Source of the DNA: a virus
Lineage: Duplodnaviria > Heunggongvirae > Uroviricota > Caudoviricetes
Strand: one strand, 5' to 3'
DNA length: 64,000 bases
Virus record (IMG/VR): IMGVR_UViG_3300009703_000007
Coordinates: 94,121 to 158,120 of that record
In this document: positions 41,013 to 49,523 of the stretch, piece after piece
Numbering within the stretch: the stretch's first letter is position 1
How the letters are laid out: every line of letters begins with the position of its first letter
The notes under the pieces: model-generated
What the model saw: only the letters and a program-made list of their open reading frames with translations
Database searches by the model: none
Told to the model about the DNA's origin: nothing
Translations under genes and position numbers: made by a program

Positions 41013-41771
41013 CACGTTTGTGTACGTTTCCGTACTCCGCGGACTATATCTTCACCCTCAGCCGTACTGTTAGGGTGCAGGGCGCTCTTGCCGGTGATTA
41101 AGGACACTTTGCTTACGCAGTCCTCCGGTAGTCTCTGCACGTTCCACGGGTGTACCCGTGGCTTCGCTCAAGGTTAGCCTAGCAATCCGTACGTACGTGC
41201 CCACTTTTTGACTGCGTTATTAGAAACGCCATAAGCTCGACCTAGCGCTACATAACTTTGCGTCTGTAGCATTAGTTCCAACTCAGCCTTAGAGGGCCTG
41301 TCCTTTGCTTTTCGCCTAAGGACGTTGACACATTCTCGGCTACACGCACGCTTTTGTTTAGCCTGTAGGCAGTTCCCACAGACCTCACAGCGTGCGACAG
41401 ACGTGACTGCCTTAGCTTTCCCTGAATTCACCCTGTCCACCCCGAATCTTTCGATACCGGGGGCACCGTTTCTAAGCCAATGGTGTAGTTTCGCGTGCTG
41501 GCCTCTACTAAGCACCAGCAAATTGTTAGCCCGGTTGTTGGATTTGTCACCGTCTAGATGGTGCACCTCCTCATACCGATCTAGCTCCCTGCCAATTGCA
41601 TCTGAGGCTACCTTACGATGCTCGTATACCCACCCTTCGTGATCGCCACTCTTGTAGGCGTGCACATGATCAGGAGCGTATACCATGACGTAACCGCGAT
41701 TCTTCCTTGGCTGCTTGTGTTCATTGCTCATGCAGGTATGGTAGTCTACTTGAACCTCAAACACAACCACA
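41013..41771 (-). mobile_element. ~760-nt intron in the tRNA(CAT) anticodon loop (group I-like placement) carrying an HNH ORF
   Basis: Interrupts the anticodon loop between positions 36 and 37. The ORF occupies most of the insert. Confidence 0.5.
41174..41731 (-). CDS. HNH homing endonuclease (intron-encoded)
   Basis: EVHHLDGDKSNNRANNLLVLSRGQHAKLHH HNH motif. The track ORF extends in-frame to a GTG at the first intron nucleotides. ATG chosen at MSNEHKQ. Confidence 0.65.
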   Translation of the reverse strand: MSNEHKQPRKNRGYVMVYAPDHVHAYKSGDHEGWVYEHRKVASDAIGRELDRYEEVHHLDGDKSNNRANNLLVLSRGQHAKLHHWLRNGAPGIERFGVDRVNSGKAKAVTSVARCEVCGNCLQAKQKRACSRECVNVLRRKAKDRPSKAELELMLQTQSYVALGRAYGVSNNAVKKWARTYGLLG

Positions 41772-41949
41772 ATGAGCCGGATGCTCTAACCATCTGAGCT
41801 ATAGGCGCACATTTTCTTTTGTTACTACCTTATACCTCAAGGCACAGGTAGTTTGTCGCTTTGAGGCAGTCACGGCCACCTCTGGCCTCAAAGCTGGCCA
41901 ATACCTTAGCGCTCAATGTGGCTCGACGCTAGTACTGGCTTGGGTTATT

Positions 41950-42025
41950 TGGTGGAAGCGCGGGGGCTCGAACCCCGAACCTGCTGCGTGCAAGGCAGCT
42001 GCTCTCCCAATTGAGCTACGCCCCC
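41950..42025 (-). tRNA. tRNA-Ala (anticodon TGC)
   Basis: Acceptor gggggcg/cgcttcc with G3·U70. Anticodon loop cttgcac. T arm cgggg-ttcgagc-ccccg. CCA encoded. Confidence 0.8.
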
Positions 42026-42035
42026 ACATTGGTTC

Positions 42036-42111
42036 TGGAGCAAGCGATCGGGATCGAACCGACGACAGTCTGATTGGAAATCAGAGGCTCTACCAACTGA
42101 GCTACGCTTGC
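42036..42111 (-). tRNA. tRNA-Gly (anticodon TCC)
   Basis: Acceptor gcaagcg/cgcttgc. Anticodon loop tttccaa. T arm gtcgg-ttcgatc-ccgat. CCA encoded. Confidence 0.8.
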
Positions 42112-42317
42112 ATGGACCCCTGCGCTGGTTTAGGCGTGTCTAGACAACTCCCACCATCCACGCATTCTGCTGCGAACAGCCTGGCTTTAGGGCACAGCCA
42201 GTTGTGGAAACACCAACCTGGATCCACAGCCCGTCATCCATCCTAGGACGAGCACCACCTCAGCCCAACTACACCGTCGTGTAATTGTCATCGGGACTGG
42301 CGTTTTGGCGCCAGGGT

Positions 42318-42725
42318 CTACAGGTTGAGGGCCTCCCGCTGCTTGATGAGATCCTCCAGTGGAGTCTCCTTGGCCGATCGCTCTGCGATGATCGCATCAA
42401 GAGTCGCCTTCTGGGACTTCGTTGCTGCCACTGCCGTCTTGGCAGCGTTCTCCGCCGTGATCACGCCGATGATATGGCGTACGATGGCGATCTGGAGGTC
42501 CTGCTTCACTCGCTCCGGACTCGGAGTGTCTACACCGAAGATGCTCTCGTCGCCCACGTCCTTGCGATCCTTGAGGATCGCGTTGCCGACGTTTTCGAGC
42601 GAGGCTTTGTTGCTACGCGTGGTGCGCAGCGGAAGATTCCAGAGGTCGGAGACGGTGAGGTTGCCGACGACGGAGGGGAAGGTGAGGCGCTTGCGGGAGG
42701 CCTGCTCGAAGATGTTAGTGCTCAT
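42318..42725 (-). CDS. hypothetical protein (high-GC island)
   Basis: Start taken at MSTNIFEQ, internal to track ORF 42318..42875. Confidence 0.4.
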   Translation of the reverse strand: MSTNIFEQASRKRLTFPSVVGNLTVSDLWNLPLRTTRSNKASLENVGNAILKDRKDVGDESIFGVDTPSPERVKQDLQIAIVRHIIGVITAENAAKTAVAATKSQKATLDAIIAERSAKETPLEDLIKQREALNL

Positions 42726-42744
42726 GCTGCTGTTTCTCTCTTTC

Positions 42745-44778
42745 TCAGAACTGCACGTTGTACGTGCGAGTGGAGGTGCCGATGGTGACGGCGAAGGTTG
42801 CGGTGTCTTTCTTCGTGGACGAGAATCCCACGCCAGAGATCTGGTCGTCGGACAGCGGGCAGGTGGTCTTGGCACCCAGCACCTCGAACACCTTGCGATG
42901 CTCGGTCAGGTCTCCCCGGAGGTGCTCGTTGAAGAACCCACGAACGGTCATGGGGTTCTTGCATCCCCGCAGAACGAAGATGTGGTGCTTGTTGCCGGTG
43001 CCCTTCTCGCCCCAGTAGTTGGGAGAGAGCAGGACGGTGTCCACAGGCACGAGCGTGCCGGTAGAGACTCCCCACTTCTCCACGCTTGCCGAGCCCAGCG
43101 TCATGTTCTTGTCGAACGCGACACCCTCGACCTTTCCGTTCTTGACTTGGATGCCCATGACGGGCTGCTTGGCTCGAGCCTTGACTGCTCGCTCGAACTT
43201 GGCTCTGATCGTCTCCCCTCCGTGCTCGTACTCGATCTCGAAGCCGACGTCCGTGGCCTCTCGCTTGGTGTACTGGTGCACGAAGATCGCGTACTCACCG
43301 TCGCCGAACTTGCGGATCTTGGACTGGGTGAAGGCCAGGTTCTCCACCGCTTCCCGGGTGTGGGGGGAGACGTTCATGTCCACGTCGAGCACGCCCTGCT
43401 TGCTCCCGTAATAGATCTGCGCCCCGCGCGGGGTGATGCAGTGGATGTCCAGGTCGTCGTAGTTGTACCAACCGAGGGACACCCGAAGCCAGGCCTCGAC
43501 GTTGCCGCCGGCGGTCTTGACTCGCTGCTTGATCCCGTCCGCGACATCCCCGTCGTAGGCCCAGGCGAAGTTGTTGTCCCACTTGAAGAGCGGGGCGACG
43601 TCTTCTTCGGCCGGAGCGGTGAGGCTCACGAAGTTGCCGAGGTGGGACTTGTCCAGCTGGATGCTGATGGAGTCCGCCAGGGGCAGAATGGTCGACATGA
43701 AGTCGTCCACCGGGATGCTGACCACACCCTTCTGCTCCTTGGGAGCCTTGGGCTTGACTGCGGTCAGCAGCACGTCCATCAGGTTGTCGCGCATCTCGGG
43801 ACGAACATCCCGGTCCACGAACAGCACGTCGTTGACGGACACGTCCGACATCACCGCGAAGCGGCGGTTGATCGCGCTCTCCAGACCAAGCTCTCGGAGC
43901 TTGTCCACGGCCTTCTGCACCATGCCCGCAGTGATCGGAGCAGAGGTCCTCTTGTAGTTCTGCGGGGCCACCTTGGTTTCGAAGCGACCTACAGCCTTCT
44001 CGATTCCCATGCCATCGACCAGGTCCGTGACCAAAGTTCCGATGACTGTGTTGCGGAAGCGTGCTGCGGGATTACCTACGTTCATCCACGCGAAGTTGGT
44101 GCGGAGGTTGCCTGAGCAACCGTCGTACTTCTGCTTCAACGCCAAGAAGTTATTTACTGAGTGTGCGTGCTCTTCTCCTCGGTAGATGCTGTTGCTGGCG
44201 ATGAGGTCAGCCACAGTTTCAAGCGCTGCCAGGGAATCTTCCTCTAGTCCACGACTCAGCACCTGGTGCATTGCGGACGTAGCGCCCATAGCCTCACCTA
44301 CGCTAGTGGTCTTGCACTGCGTAGGCACGTTACCCTGGAAATGATTCCAGACGATGGTGTCACCGTTGTCGAGTTTCTCGACGTTGGAGACGTTGCCATA
44401 ACTGGCCTCGCGTGAGTGGTAGGTGCCGGCTATGGGGTGAGTCCGGATGAACTCGGCCATAGCCTCAGCTACTACACCCAGGAACCCGAACTCTCCGGCG
44501 TTGTCCCAGACGGTCTGGTAATTGCCGTTGGCATCCAGGACCACGATTCGTCCCAGATTCTTGATGAAGGATCGGCAGCAGGCACAGTCGTGCTCGGTAC
44601 GCTCACGGAAGATGGGGTTGGTGCCCTCTGGGAAAGACGTGAGGTACCAGTTCCAGAGATCGTCCTTGCTGGCGGTGGTCAGCAGGACCTGGGCTCCACT
44701 GGCGGTGATGTCGTTCAGACGAGTCCGCACATGGTGCGAGAATTTGGTGAAATCTGGTTTTGTCATGGTGCCTTTCAA
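42745..44778 (-). CDS. large hypothetical protein (677 aa, high-GC island)
   Basis: Long ORF with HDCACC and other Cys motifs. No confident family assignment. The antisense ORF 42325..44115 is typical high-GC noise. Confidence 0.55.
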   Translation of the reverse strand: MKGTMTKPDFTKFSHHVRTRLNDITASGAQVLLTTASKDDLWNWYLTSFPEGTNPIFRERTEHDCACCRSFIKNLGRIVVLDANGNYQTVWDNAGEFGFLGVVAEAMAEFIRTHPIAGTYHSREASYGNVSNVEKLDNGDTIVWNHFQGNVPTQCKTTSVGEAMGATSAMHQVLSRGLEEDSLAALETVADLIASNSIYRGEEHAHSVNNFLALKQKYDGCSGNLRTNFAWMNVGNPAARFRNTVIGTLVTDLVDGMGIEKAVGRFETKVAPQNYKRTSAPITAGMVQKAVDKLRELGLESAINRRFAVMSDVSVNDVLFVDRDVRPEMRDNLMDVLLTAVKPKAPKEQKGVVSIPVDDFMSTILPLADSISIQLDKSHLGNFVSLTAPAEEDVAPLFKWDNNFAWAYDGDVADGIKQRVKTAGGNVEAWLRVSLGWYNYDDLDIHCITPRGAQIYYGSKQGVLDVDMNVSPHTREAVENLAFTQSKIRKFGDGEYAIFVHQYTKREATDVGFEIEYEHGGETIRAKFERAVKARAKQPVMGIQVKNGKVEGVAFDKNMTLGSASVEKWGVSTGTLVPVDTVLLSPNYWGEKGTGNKHHIFVLRGCKNPMTVRGFFNEHLRGDLTEHRKVFEVLGAKTTCPLSDDQISGVGFSSTKKDTATFAVTIGTSTRTYNVQF

Positions 44779-45035
44779 GTTATAGGAGAGGAGAGCAAAC
44801 GCATGACCGGCATCGAACCCGTCTGTAAAGCCGTGCCTTACTTCTACGAATGCCCTTTGTCGTACTGGGGGACTAGGCAGGGTCGACCTGCTAGAATGGG
44901 CACCGAGTGCGTCGTCGCGACCGTGAACGTCTCAGGAACCTCGTCCACAGGTAAAGACCTGTGCGCTTTACTCAGCCTCTAGTCCCTCTTGATGGTTTTG
45001 TCGTGGTGCCTTTCTGGGCTGATTAACGTTTTTTT

Positions 45036-45110
45036 TGGTTGAGGGACGGGATTTGAACCCGCAACCTCCGGTATCACAAACCGGTGTTCTACCAATTGAA
45101 CTACCCCCAA
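45036..45110 (-). tRNA. tRNA-His (anticodon GTG)
   Basis: D arm gttc-aattggta-gaac. Anticodon loop ttgtgat. T arm gcggg-ttcaaat-cccgt. Acceptor ttggggg/ccctcaa with a G·U pair. Discriminator C. Exact 5' end uncertain. Confidence 0.65.
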
Positions 45111-45120
45111 AACAATGCTT

Positions 45121-45339
45121 TTACTTCTCCTTGAGAAGATGATATATGCTCAGCAAACTGAGACACAGGAGACCTGGGCCTAGTGCCAGGAACACCCAGC
45201 CCGCGTAAGAGCTCAGCATCTTTCCCAGGGTTATTCCACCCGGTCCCACCCCTGCAACCAGCAGTATGGTTGTGAGAGTAAAGCTGAGTGCGAACGGCAG
45301 TGTCCCAGCTAGCCCGGGGTCAGGAAGTTTGAACTTCAC
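45121..45339 (-). CDS. small membrane protein
   Basis: 72 aa, two hydrophobic helices. Confidence 0.4.
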   Translation of the reverse strand: MKFKLPDPGLAGTLPFALSFTLTTILLVAGVGPGGITLGKMLSSYAGWVFLALGPGLLCLSLLSIYHLLKEK

Positions 45340-45341
45340 GT

Positions 45342-45773
45342 CTAACCTCTCTTGATGGTTCTGTTCACTGTTACCAGCCTATCAACACTGGCGTGAGGGT
45401 CGAATAGGCGTACACCTTCGACCATGAATGCTTCCATGAGCTCGTGCTTCAGGATCTGCTCGCACGCCATCCAGGCGGTTTTGAGAACTCCTGAGCGTGA
45501 CGTGCCCAGTTCGATCGCCCACCACCGGCCCTTGCCGCGTGTGACTGCACCTGTGTGCGTGTCAGGGCGTTTGAAGGTTGTACGTACGTTGAACCCCCAG
45601 AGGTCTGGCGTGTCCAGGCAGGGAAGGTCGGCGTTGCCGTCCATGTCTGCTCGGTCTACGTACAGTGGGGTGATATCCCAGAGCCATTCCATGTCAACGC
45701 AGGACGGCGCAAAGGAAATCTCTCCCAGGAACCCCATGAGGTCTGCCTGTCTTTCTACGGTTTTCTCTGCCAC
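45342..45773 (-). CDS. hypothetical protein
   Basis: 143-aa ORF. Confidence 0.45.
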   Translation of the reverse strand: MAEKTVERQADLMGFLGEISFAPSCVDMEWLWDITPLYVDRADMDGNADLPCLDTPDLWGFNVRTTFKRPDTHTGAVTRGKGRWWAIELGTSRSGVLKTAWMACEQILKHELMEAFMVEGVRLFDPHASVDRLVTVNRTIKRG

Positions 45774-45827
45774 CGTATGCTCCTCAGCAAATGGCCTTTA
45801 AATGTATAGTCAAAGTAAATATAATGT

Positions 45828-45864
45828 CCGCGCAGCCAGGAGTTGAACCTGACCAAGGCCGTCT
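45828..45864 (-). other. tRNA 3'-half-like element (T arm + acceptor strand) without a matching 5' half
   Basis: Minus strand reads ...ggtcagg-ttcaact-cctgg-ctgcgcg-g. No complementary acceptor 5' strand or D arm upstream. Confidence 0.35.
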
Positions 45865-46168
45865 TAGTGTAAGGTAAATTTTTGTGACTCTTACGCGGCG
45901 GGTTGGACACTTGGTGAGAAGCAATTCAGTGGCAGCAACAGCCTAGCTGTTCCGCGAAACTCGCACAGACCTCATGGCTACACCTATCAGAGTTTCCAGG
46001 TACTCCAGCGCTTCAGCGTTTGGAGGCTCCGCTTCTAGCAGATCTATTGTCTCTGACAAGGTGTGCGGGCCGTGCTTACCACACATGCAACGACCCATGA
46101 AGGGAGTGTCTGCGGGTAGGTACTCAGCCTGAGCCTTGAGGTTGTGCAGGACGACGTCACGGAAGGTG

Positions 46169-46408
46169 TCAGTCGCTAGGTTTGGATTTTTCATCAGTCT
46201 CCCAGAAGTCTTCGCCCGTCACCTTGCACTTCAGGTATTGCATGAAGCGTATGGGTACGAGATAGAACATCAGGAACGGCACGACGAGGAACGTCACGTA
46301 GACGTAACCTCGGAGGCCCTTGATGGGATCGTACTCTGAGAACAGCCACCACACAAGGGCAGTGAACAGGAAGTAGAGCACGAAAGGTGTCAGTAGAAGA
46401 AAGGCCAT
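46169..46408 (-). CDS. small membrane protein
   Basis: Start taken at [10 protein letters not shown], internal to track ORF 46169..46495 whose N-terminus is the tRNA-Pro read-through. Confidence 0.4.
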   Translation of the reverse strand: MAFLLLTPFVLYFLFTALVWWLFSEYDPIKGLRGYVYVTFLVVPFLMFYLVPIRFMQYLKCKVTGEDFWETDEKSKPSD

Positions 46409-46434
46409 TGGCTCCCTCAGGAAATGGTCGGGGC

Positions 46435-46511
46435 GAGAGGATTCGAACCTCCGGCTTCCTGCTCCCAAAGCAGGTGCGCTACCAGGCTGCGCCACGCCCC
46501 GTTTATTTCTT
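46435..46511 (-). tRNA. tRNA-Pro (anticodon TGG)
   Basis: Acceptor cggggcg/cgccccg. Anticodon loop tttggga. T arm ccgga-ggttcgaat-cctc. CCA encoded. Confidence 0.8.
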
Positions 46512-46722
46512 TGATCCGTTGCTTAGCCCAAGCTTTATCCTCTTCTGTCAGCTCCGGCTGCGGGTCCGCTACGTAGAACTCTGCCATAGCAGCCTTCCAC
46601 TCATCGGTCTTGTCCGCACCATGCTTACGAAGCAACCTGAGCTTCTCAGAGTCTTCCCTGAGCTCTTCGAAGTACTGTAGGGTGATGGTCTCTGTTGGGT
46701 CGTTGTAGGCCATGTCATCTCC

Positions 46723-47049
46723 TCAGGTGAGATTTCCGTAGTTGACCTCGGTCATGCCTAGGCTTATCAGATACGCCCGTAGTTTTTCAACGGTGCCTTT
46801 CATCTCAAATACACCTTCCATGATTTCATCCAGCTTCTCTGTGTCGAACTCTGGAAGAGTGTGCTTGATGATGTGGCCTACTGTCTGATCCCAGAAGTAG
46901 CCGTGCTTATCATAGTATGCCCTAAGCGATATCGCTACTAATGCGTGGCCTGGCTCTACGAATCCATCGAGGCTCTCGTGGAAGCAGAACACCCATGAGG
47001 AGAAAGGATTGTACTTAGCTATCGTCATCGTTTTCGCCTTCTCCGTCAC
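46723..47049 (-). CDS. hypothetical protein
   Basis: 108-aa ORF. Confidence 0.4.
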   Translation of the reverse strand: MTEKAKTMTIAKYNPFSSWVFCFHESLDGFVEPGHALVAISLRAYYDKHGYFWDQTVGHIIKHTLPEFDTEKLDEIMEGVFEMKGTVEKLRAYLISLGMTEVNYGNLT

Positions 47050-47284
47050 GCAGCAGCGCCACCCGGTCAGTGCAAAGGCCGAACCCGTTCCACGTTTTGT
47101 GCCCGGACAGCTTCAGCTTGACACCGTCTACTATGAGGTATCCAGGGCCTTGGCGGCCGGTCCCTCTAGAGATTTTCTGTACCGTGCCAAAGCGTAGAGT
47201 ACCCTGACCTGCGGTGAAGACAGCTCGGGCCCCTACGTTGATGACCTCTCCGAAGAGGTCTCTAAGTTCGGTGTTCGTTGTCAT
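47015..47284 (-). CDS. hypothetical protein
   Basis: 89-aa ORF. Confidence 0.35.
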   Translation of the reverse strand: MTTNTELRDLFGEVINVGARAVFTAGQGTLRFGTVQKISRGTGRQGPGYLIVDGVKLKLSGHKTWNGFGLCTDRVALLRDGEGENDDDS

Positions 47285-47296
47285 ATGAAATTTTAT

Positions 47297-47373
47297 TGGT
47301 GGGCCTGGCAGGAATCGAACCTACGACATCCGCCATGTAACGGCGGCGCTCTGGCCAACTGAGCTACAGGCCC
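47297..47373 (-). tRNA. tRNA-Val (anticodon TAC)
   Basis: Acceptor gggcctg/caggccc. Anticodon stem ccgcc/ggcgg with loop gttacat. T arm gtagg-ttcgatt-cctgc. CCA encoded. Confidence 0.8.
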
Positions 47374-47770
47374 TGGTGGAGGCACCGCCTATCCTTTGCG
47401 GCGCCCCCGATTTTAACGGCTTCCAGAAAGCCAACTTTGTCGAACCGTCAGTTTGATGACCCGCAGTTCTACCACTGAACTACCCCTTCATATGGAGAAG
47501 GGGACCGGATTTGAACCGGTGACTTGGGCTGTGTTGTGAACGACGTGTATCTTTCTATTGCCGCTTGTTTAAGCTTTTTAGGTGTAACTTGAGACTAAGT
47601 CTCAACGAGACAGGCTCTTACTGTGTGTCCTGGACTATATGGACGCCGGGCCGTACTAGGGTCCCGGTGTGTCTACCAATTCCACCACTCCGTTTCATAA
47701 TAACGGAGGCAGGACTCGAACCTACAAATCCATCCAGAAACAGGGAACGTTGTCTTCCTCATCTTGAGTT
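47374..47770 (-). other. cluster of tRNA-like fragments in non-canonical order (3' halves directly followed by 5' halves with complementary acceptor strands)
   Basis: Near 47496-47520, reading 5'->3' on the minus strand: accgg-ttcaaat-ccggt-ccccttc-t-cca, then tat, then gaagggg-ta-gttc-agtggta-gaac. Near 47640-47735: gtagg-ttcgagt-cctgc-ctccgtt-a, then ttatg, then aacggag-tg-gtg-gaattggtaga-cac (class II-like D arm). A GC hairpin plus tccacca abuts tRNA-Val at 47375-47407. Confidence 0.4.
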
Positions 47771-47820
47771 TGAGTTTGCCTAAAAAGCCGCGCAAGTTTT
47801 CACCTGCGCTAGTGTTGTGT

Positions 47821-48603
47821 TTACTCTGCGAGCCACCAGTCCAGGATAGGCGCTGCCACGGACTGCGGCTTCACCATCGTGGCGTTAGCTTCCTCCCGAG
47901 CACGGCGCACTGCCTTGAGGAGGGTCTCTCCTCGCTCCACCAGCTCACGTCGTCGGATGGCGGACATGGACCCGGAGAGAAGTGTGGTGTTCCAGTTGCC
48001 TACGAGAGTCACGATCGCGCGCTTCTCGTACTGGGCGGGGAATGGGTGGCCGTCGATCACCTGCGCCGGAGAAATCACGGGGAAGTCCACGCTCTTCTCG
48101 TTACGCTGAGTGGTCAGGGTGTTGGATCGGAACAGGCCGGACACCTCGTTGAGGGCCCACTCCTGGTCATCTCGCAGCACCACCGCCTTTCGCAGGTACG
48201 CGATCACGTGCTCCAGCTGGTCCTCCAGGAACAGCAGCATGGTGACAGGCACGTTGCGAAGGATGACGTTGCCGTCTACGGCGATGTCTCCCTTGGCTTC
48301 CTGGTTGCCGAAGCAGAGTACGGCCTCCGCATCCCAGCGTGGGATGGCCTGCTCTCGGAAGTCCTGGAGGATCTCCGCCGCCGTGTCACGAACCATCTGG
48401 TTCTGTGGATCGAGCTGAGTACCCTCCTCGTCGATGGGAGCGTAGATCTTCTCGAACCCGCTCTGCTTGTCGCTGTCTTGCAGTCGACGAAGCGTCTCAC
48501 TTCCCTGCTTGTTCCAGTTGGCCTGAAGTCGGGTTCTATTCCCGATGGCGGCGGACAGTCGAATATCTCGCCGGCGTCCTGTGGTGACTTCTACGTCTCC
48601 CAT
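47821..48603 (-). CDS. hypothetical protein (high-GC island)
   Basis: Start taken at MGDVEV with an aagga RBS. Confidence 0.45.
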   Translation of the reverse strand: MGDVEVTTGRRRDIRLSAAIGNRTRLQANWNKQGSETLRRLQDSDKQSGFEKIYAPIDEEGTQLDPQNQMVRDTAAEILQDFREQAIPRWDAEAVLCFGNQEAKGDIAVDGNVILRNVPVTMLLFLEDQLEHVIAYLRKAVVLRDDQEWALNEVSGLFRSNTLTTQRNEKSVDFPVISPAQVIDGHPFPAQYEKRAIVTLVGNWNTTLLSGSMSAIRRRELVERGETLLKAVRRAREEANATMVKPQSVAAPILDWWLAE

Positions 48604-48765
48604 TGTTTTCAATCCTTTACACGAGTCTCTCAAAGTTTAAGTTGGACCCGACCAGCGACTCGCGTGCTAGGCCTAAAAGTCCTCGTTGGCGTTCCTTCAA
48701 AAGTTACGCCGCTGAGTCTACTCTCTTGTACCATAAGAGGCTCCGTGTTATTGATTGGTACTCCG

Positions 48766-48843
48766 TACGGGATTTGAACCCGTGTCGCCAGAGTGAAAGT
48801 CTGGCATCCTAGACCTGACTAGACGAACGGAGCACGTGCTACT
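48766..48843 (-). tRNA. tRNA-Glu (anticodon TTC)
   Basis: Acceptor gctccgt/acggagt. 3-bp D stem with large loop as in bacterial tRNA-Glu. Anticodon stem ccaga/tctgg with loop ctttcac. T arm acggg-ttcaaat-cccgt. CCA encoded. Confidence 0.75.
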
Positions 48844-49195
48844 GAGGAGGCACTTCCCAAAGCTGCGTCTCACAAGTCCAACCTTCGCCCAGTATTGGTA
48901 AGCTGCAGTCTCCTTGAGTGACGACGTAATAGGGTTGGCCTGTTTCGAAGTAGAATGTTTCTACTTTGAGGTCGTGGCATCTGAGGTACCCGTGGATCTC
49001 TCCTGTGGGTGGACGATAGCAGGACGATGTAGCATATGCGTCTTCCAGTAAGTATAGAGATATATCGTCGGATCGGCAGTCGTCTGCTGCGGCGGAGTCA
49101 TCGTTGTCTGCCGTAGCAAAGTTGCTGAGGGTGGAAATGCCACACGAAGGTAGCAAAAACAAGGCGCCTATCACCAGGGCCAGTCTAATGTACAT
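48839..49195 (-). CDS. putative lipoprotein
   Basis: Signal peptide with LLPSC lipobox. Cys-rich mature part. Confidence 0.4.
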   Translation of the reverse strand: MYIRLALVIGALFLLPSCGISTLSNFATADNDDSAAADDCRSDDISLYLLEDAYATSSCYRPPTGEIHGYLRCHDLKVETFYFETGQPYYVVTQGDCSLPILGEGWTCETQLWEVPPQ

Positions 49196-49199
49196 ATCT

Positions 49200-49523
49200 T
49201 CAGTCTTCCTTGATTCGTTCTTTCTCTAGCTGCTCCCACCACGCCACGCATACCGCGGCTACCTGTATCAACTCTTCCTGTAACTTGGTTGGATCTTCCT
49301 CTGCGAGGACTTCGTAAACTTCTTCTTGAAGTATGTGTACCCACGTTCCTTCCTTATTGGCGAAGGCGTTGTCGCAAGCACGCTGTAACAGCTCGGCTGT
49401 GAGACCCCACGCGCCTTGTGACGTGCCGCTGGGGATAGACCTTTCGGTGCCCCACATAGAATCCTGTCTCCGGCGCTCCTCCTCCACTTCCCCCAGCGCT
49501 TTCAGTTGTACGAGGTCTTGCAC
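49200..49523 (-). CDS. MazG-like nucleotide pyrophosphohydrolase (putative)
   Basis: About 107 aa, all-helical, with EExxE acidic clusters (EEVYEVLAEEDP) typical of small phage MazG proteins. Confidence 0.4.
   Translation of the reverse strand: MQDLVQLKALGEVEEERRRQDSMWGTERSIPSGTSQGAWGLTAELLQRACDNAFANKEGTWVHILQEEVYEVLAEEDPTKLQEELIQVAAVCVAWWEQLEKERIKED

Larger units (their letters stand above)
40973..41808 (-). tRNA. intron-containing tRNA with CAT anticodon (Met or Ile2/lysidine). 5' exon 41772-41808, 3' exon 40973-41012
   Basis: 5' exon gcgccta-ta-gctc-agatggtta-gagc-a-tccgg-ctcat. 3' exon aa-ccggc-aggtc-ctagg-ttcaagt-cctag-tgggcgc-a-cca. The exons assemble into a canonical cloverleaf with loop cuCAUaa. 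The 5' exon ends in U and the intron's last base is G. Confidence 0.65.

Noticed and set aside
41768-41770. In-frame extension of the HNH ORF to a GTG at the first intron nucleotides
   Set aside because: Probably an ORF-finder artefact. The ATG at MSNEHKQ is the more plausible start, though exon-fused expression cannot be excluded.
42325-44115. 596-aa plus-strand ORF, plus other long ORFs at 47764..48777, 53688..54338, 61737..62723, 61723..62523 and 62054..62563
   Set aside because: They are antisense or out-of-frame to better-supported genes inside high-GC islands. The translations are low-complexity and Arg/Ala/Gly-rich, typical of spurious ORFs in GC-rich DNA.
44790-44830. Possible tRNA at ggcatcgaacccg just upstream of the 677-aa gene
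   Set aside because: T-arm-like sequence only. Stems do not pair and no acceptor complement was found.
45031-45040. Plus-strand T8 run as an intrinsic terminator
   Set aside because: No convincing upstream hairpin, and all neighbouring genes are transcribed on the other strand.
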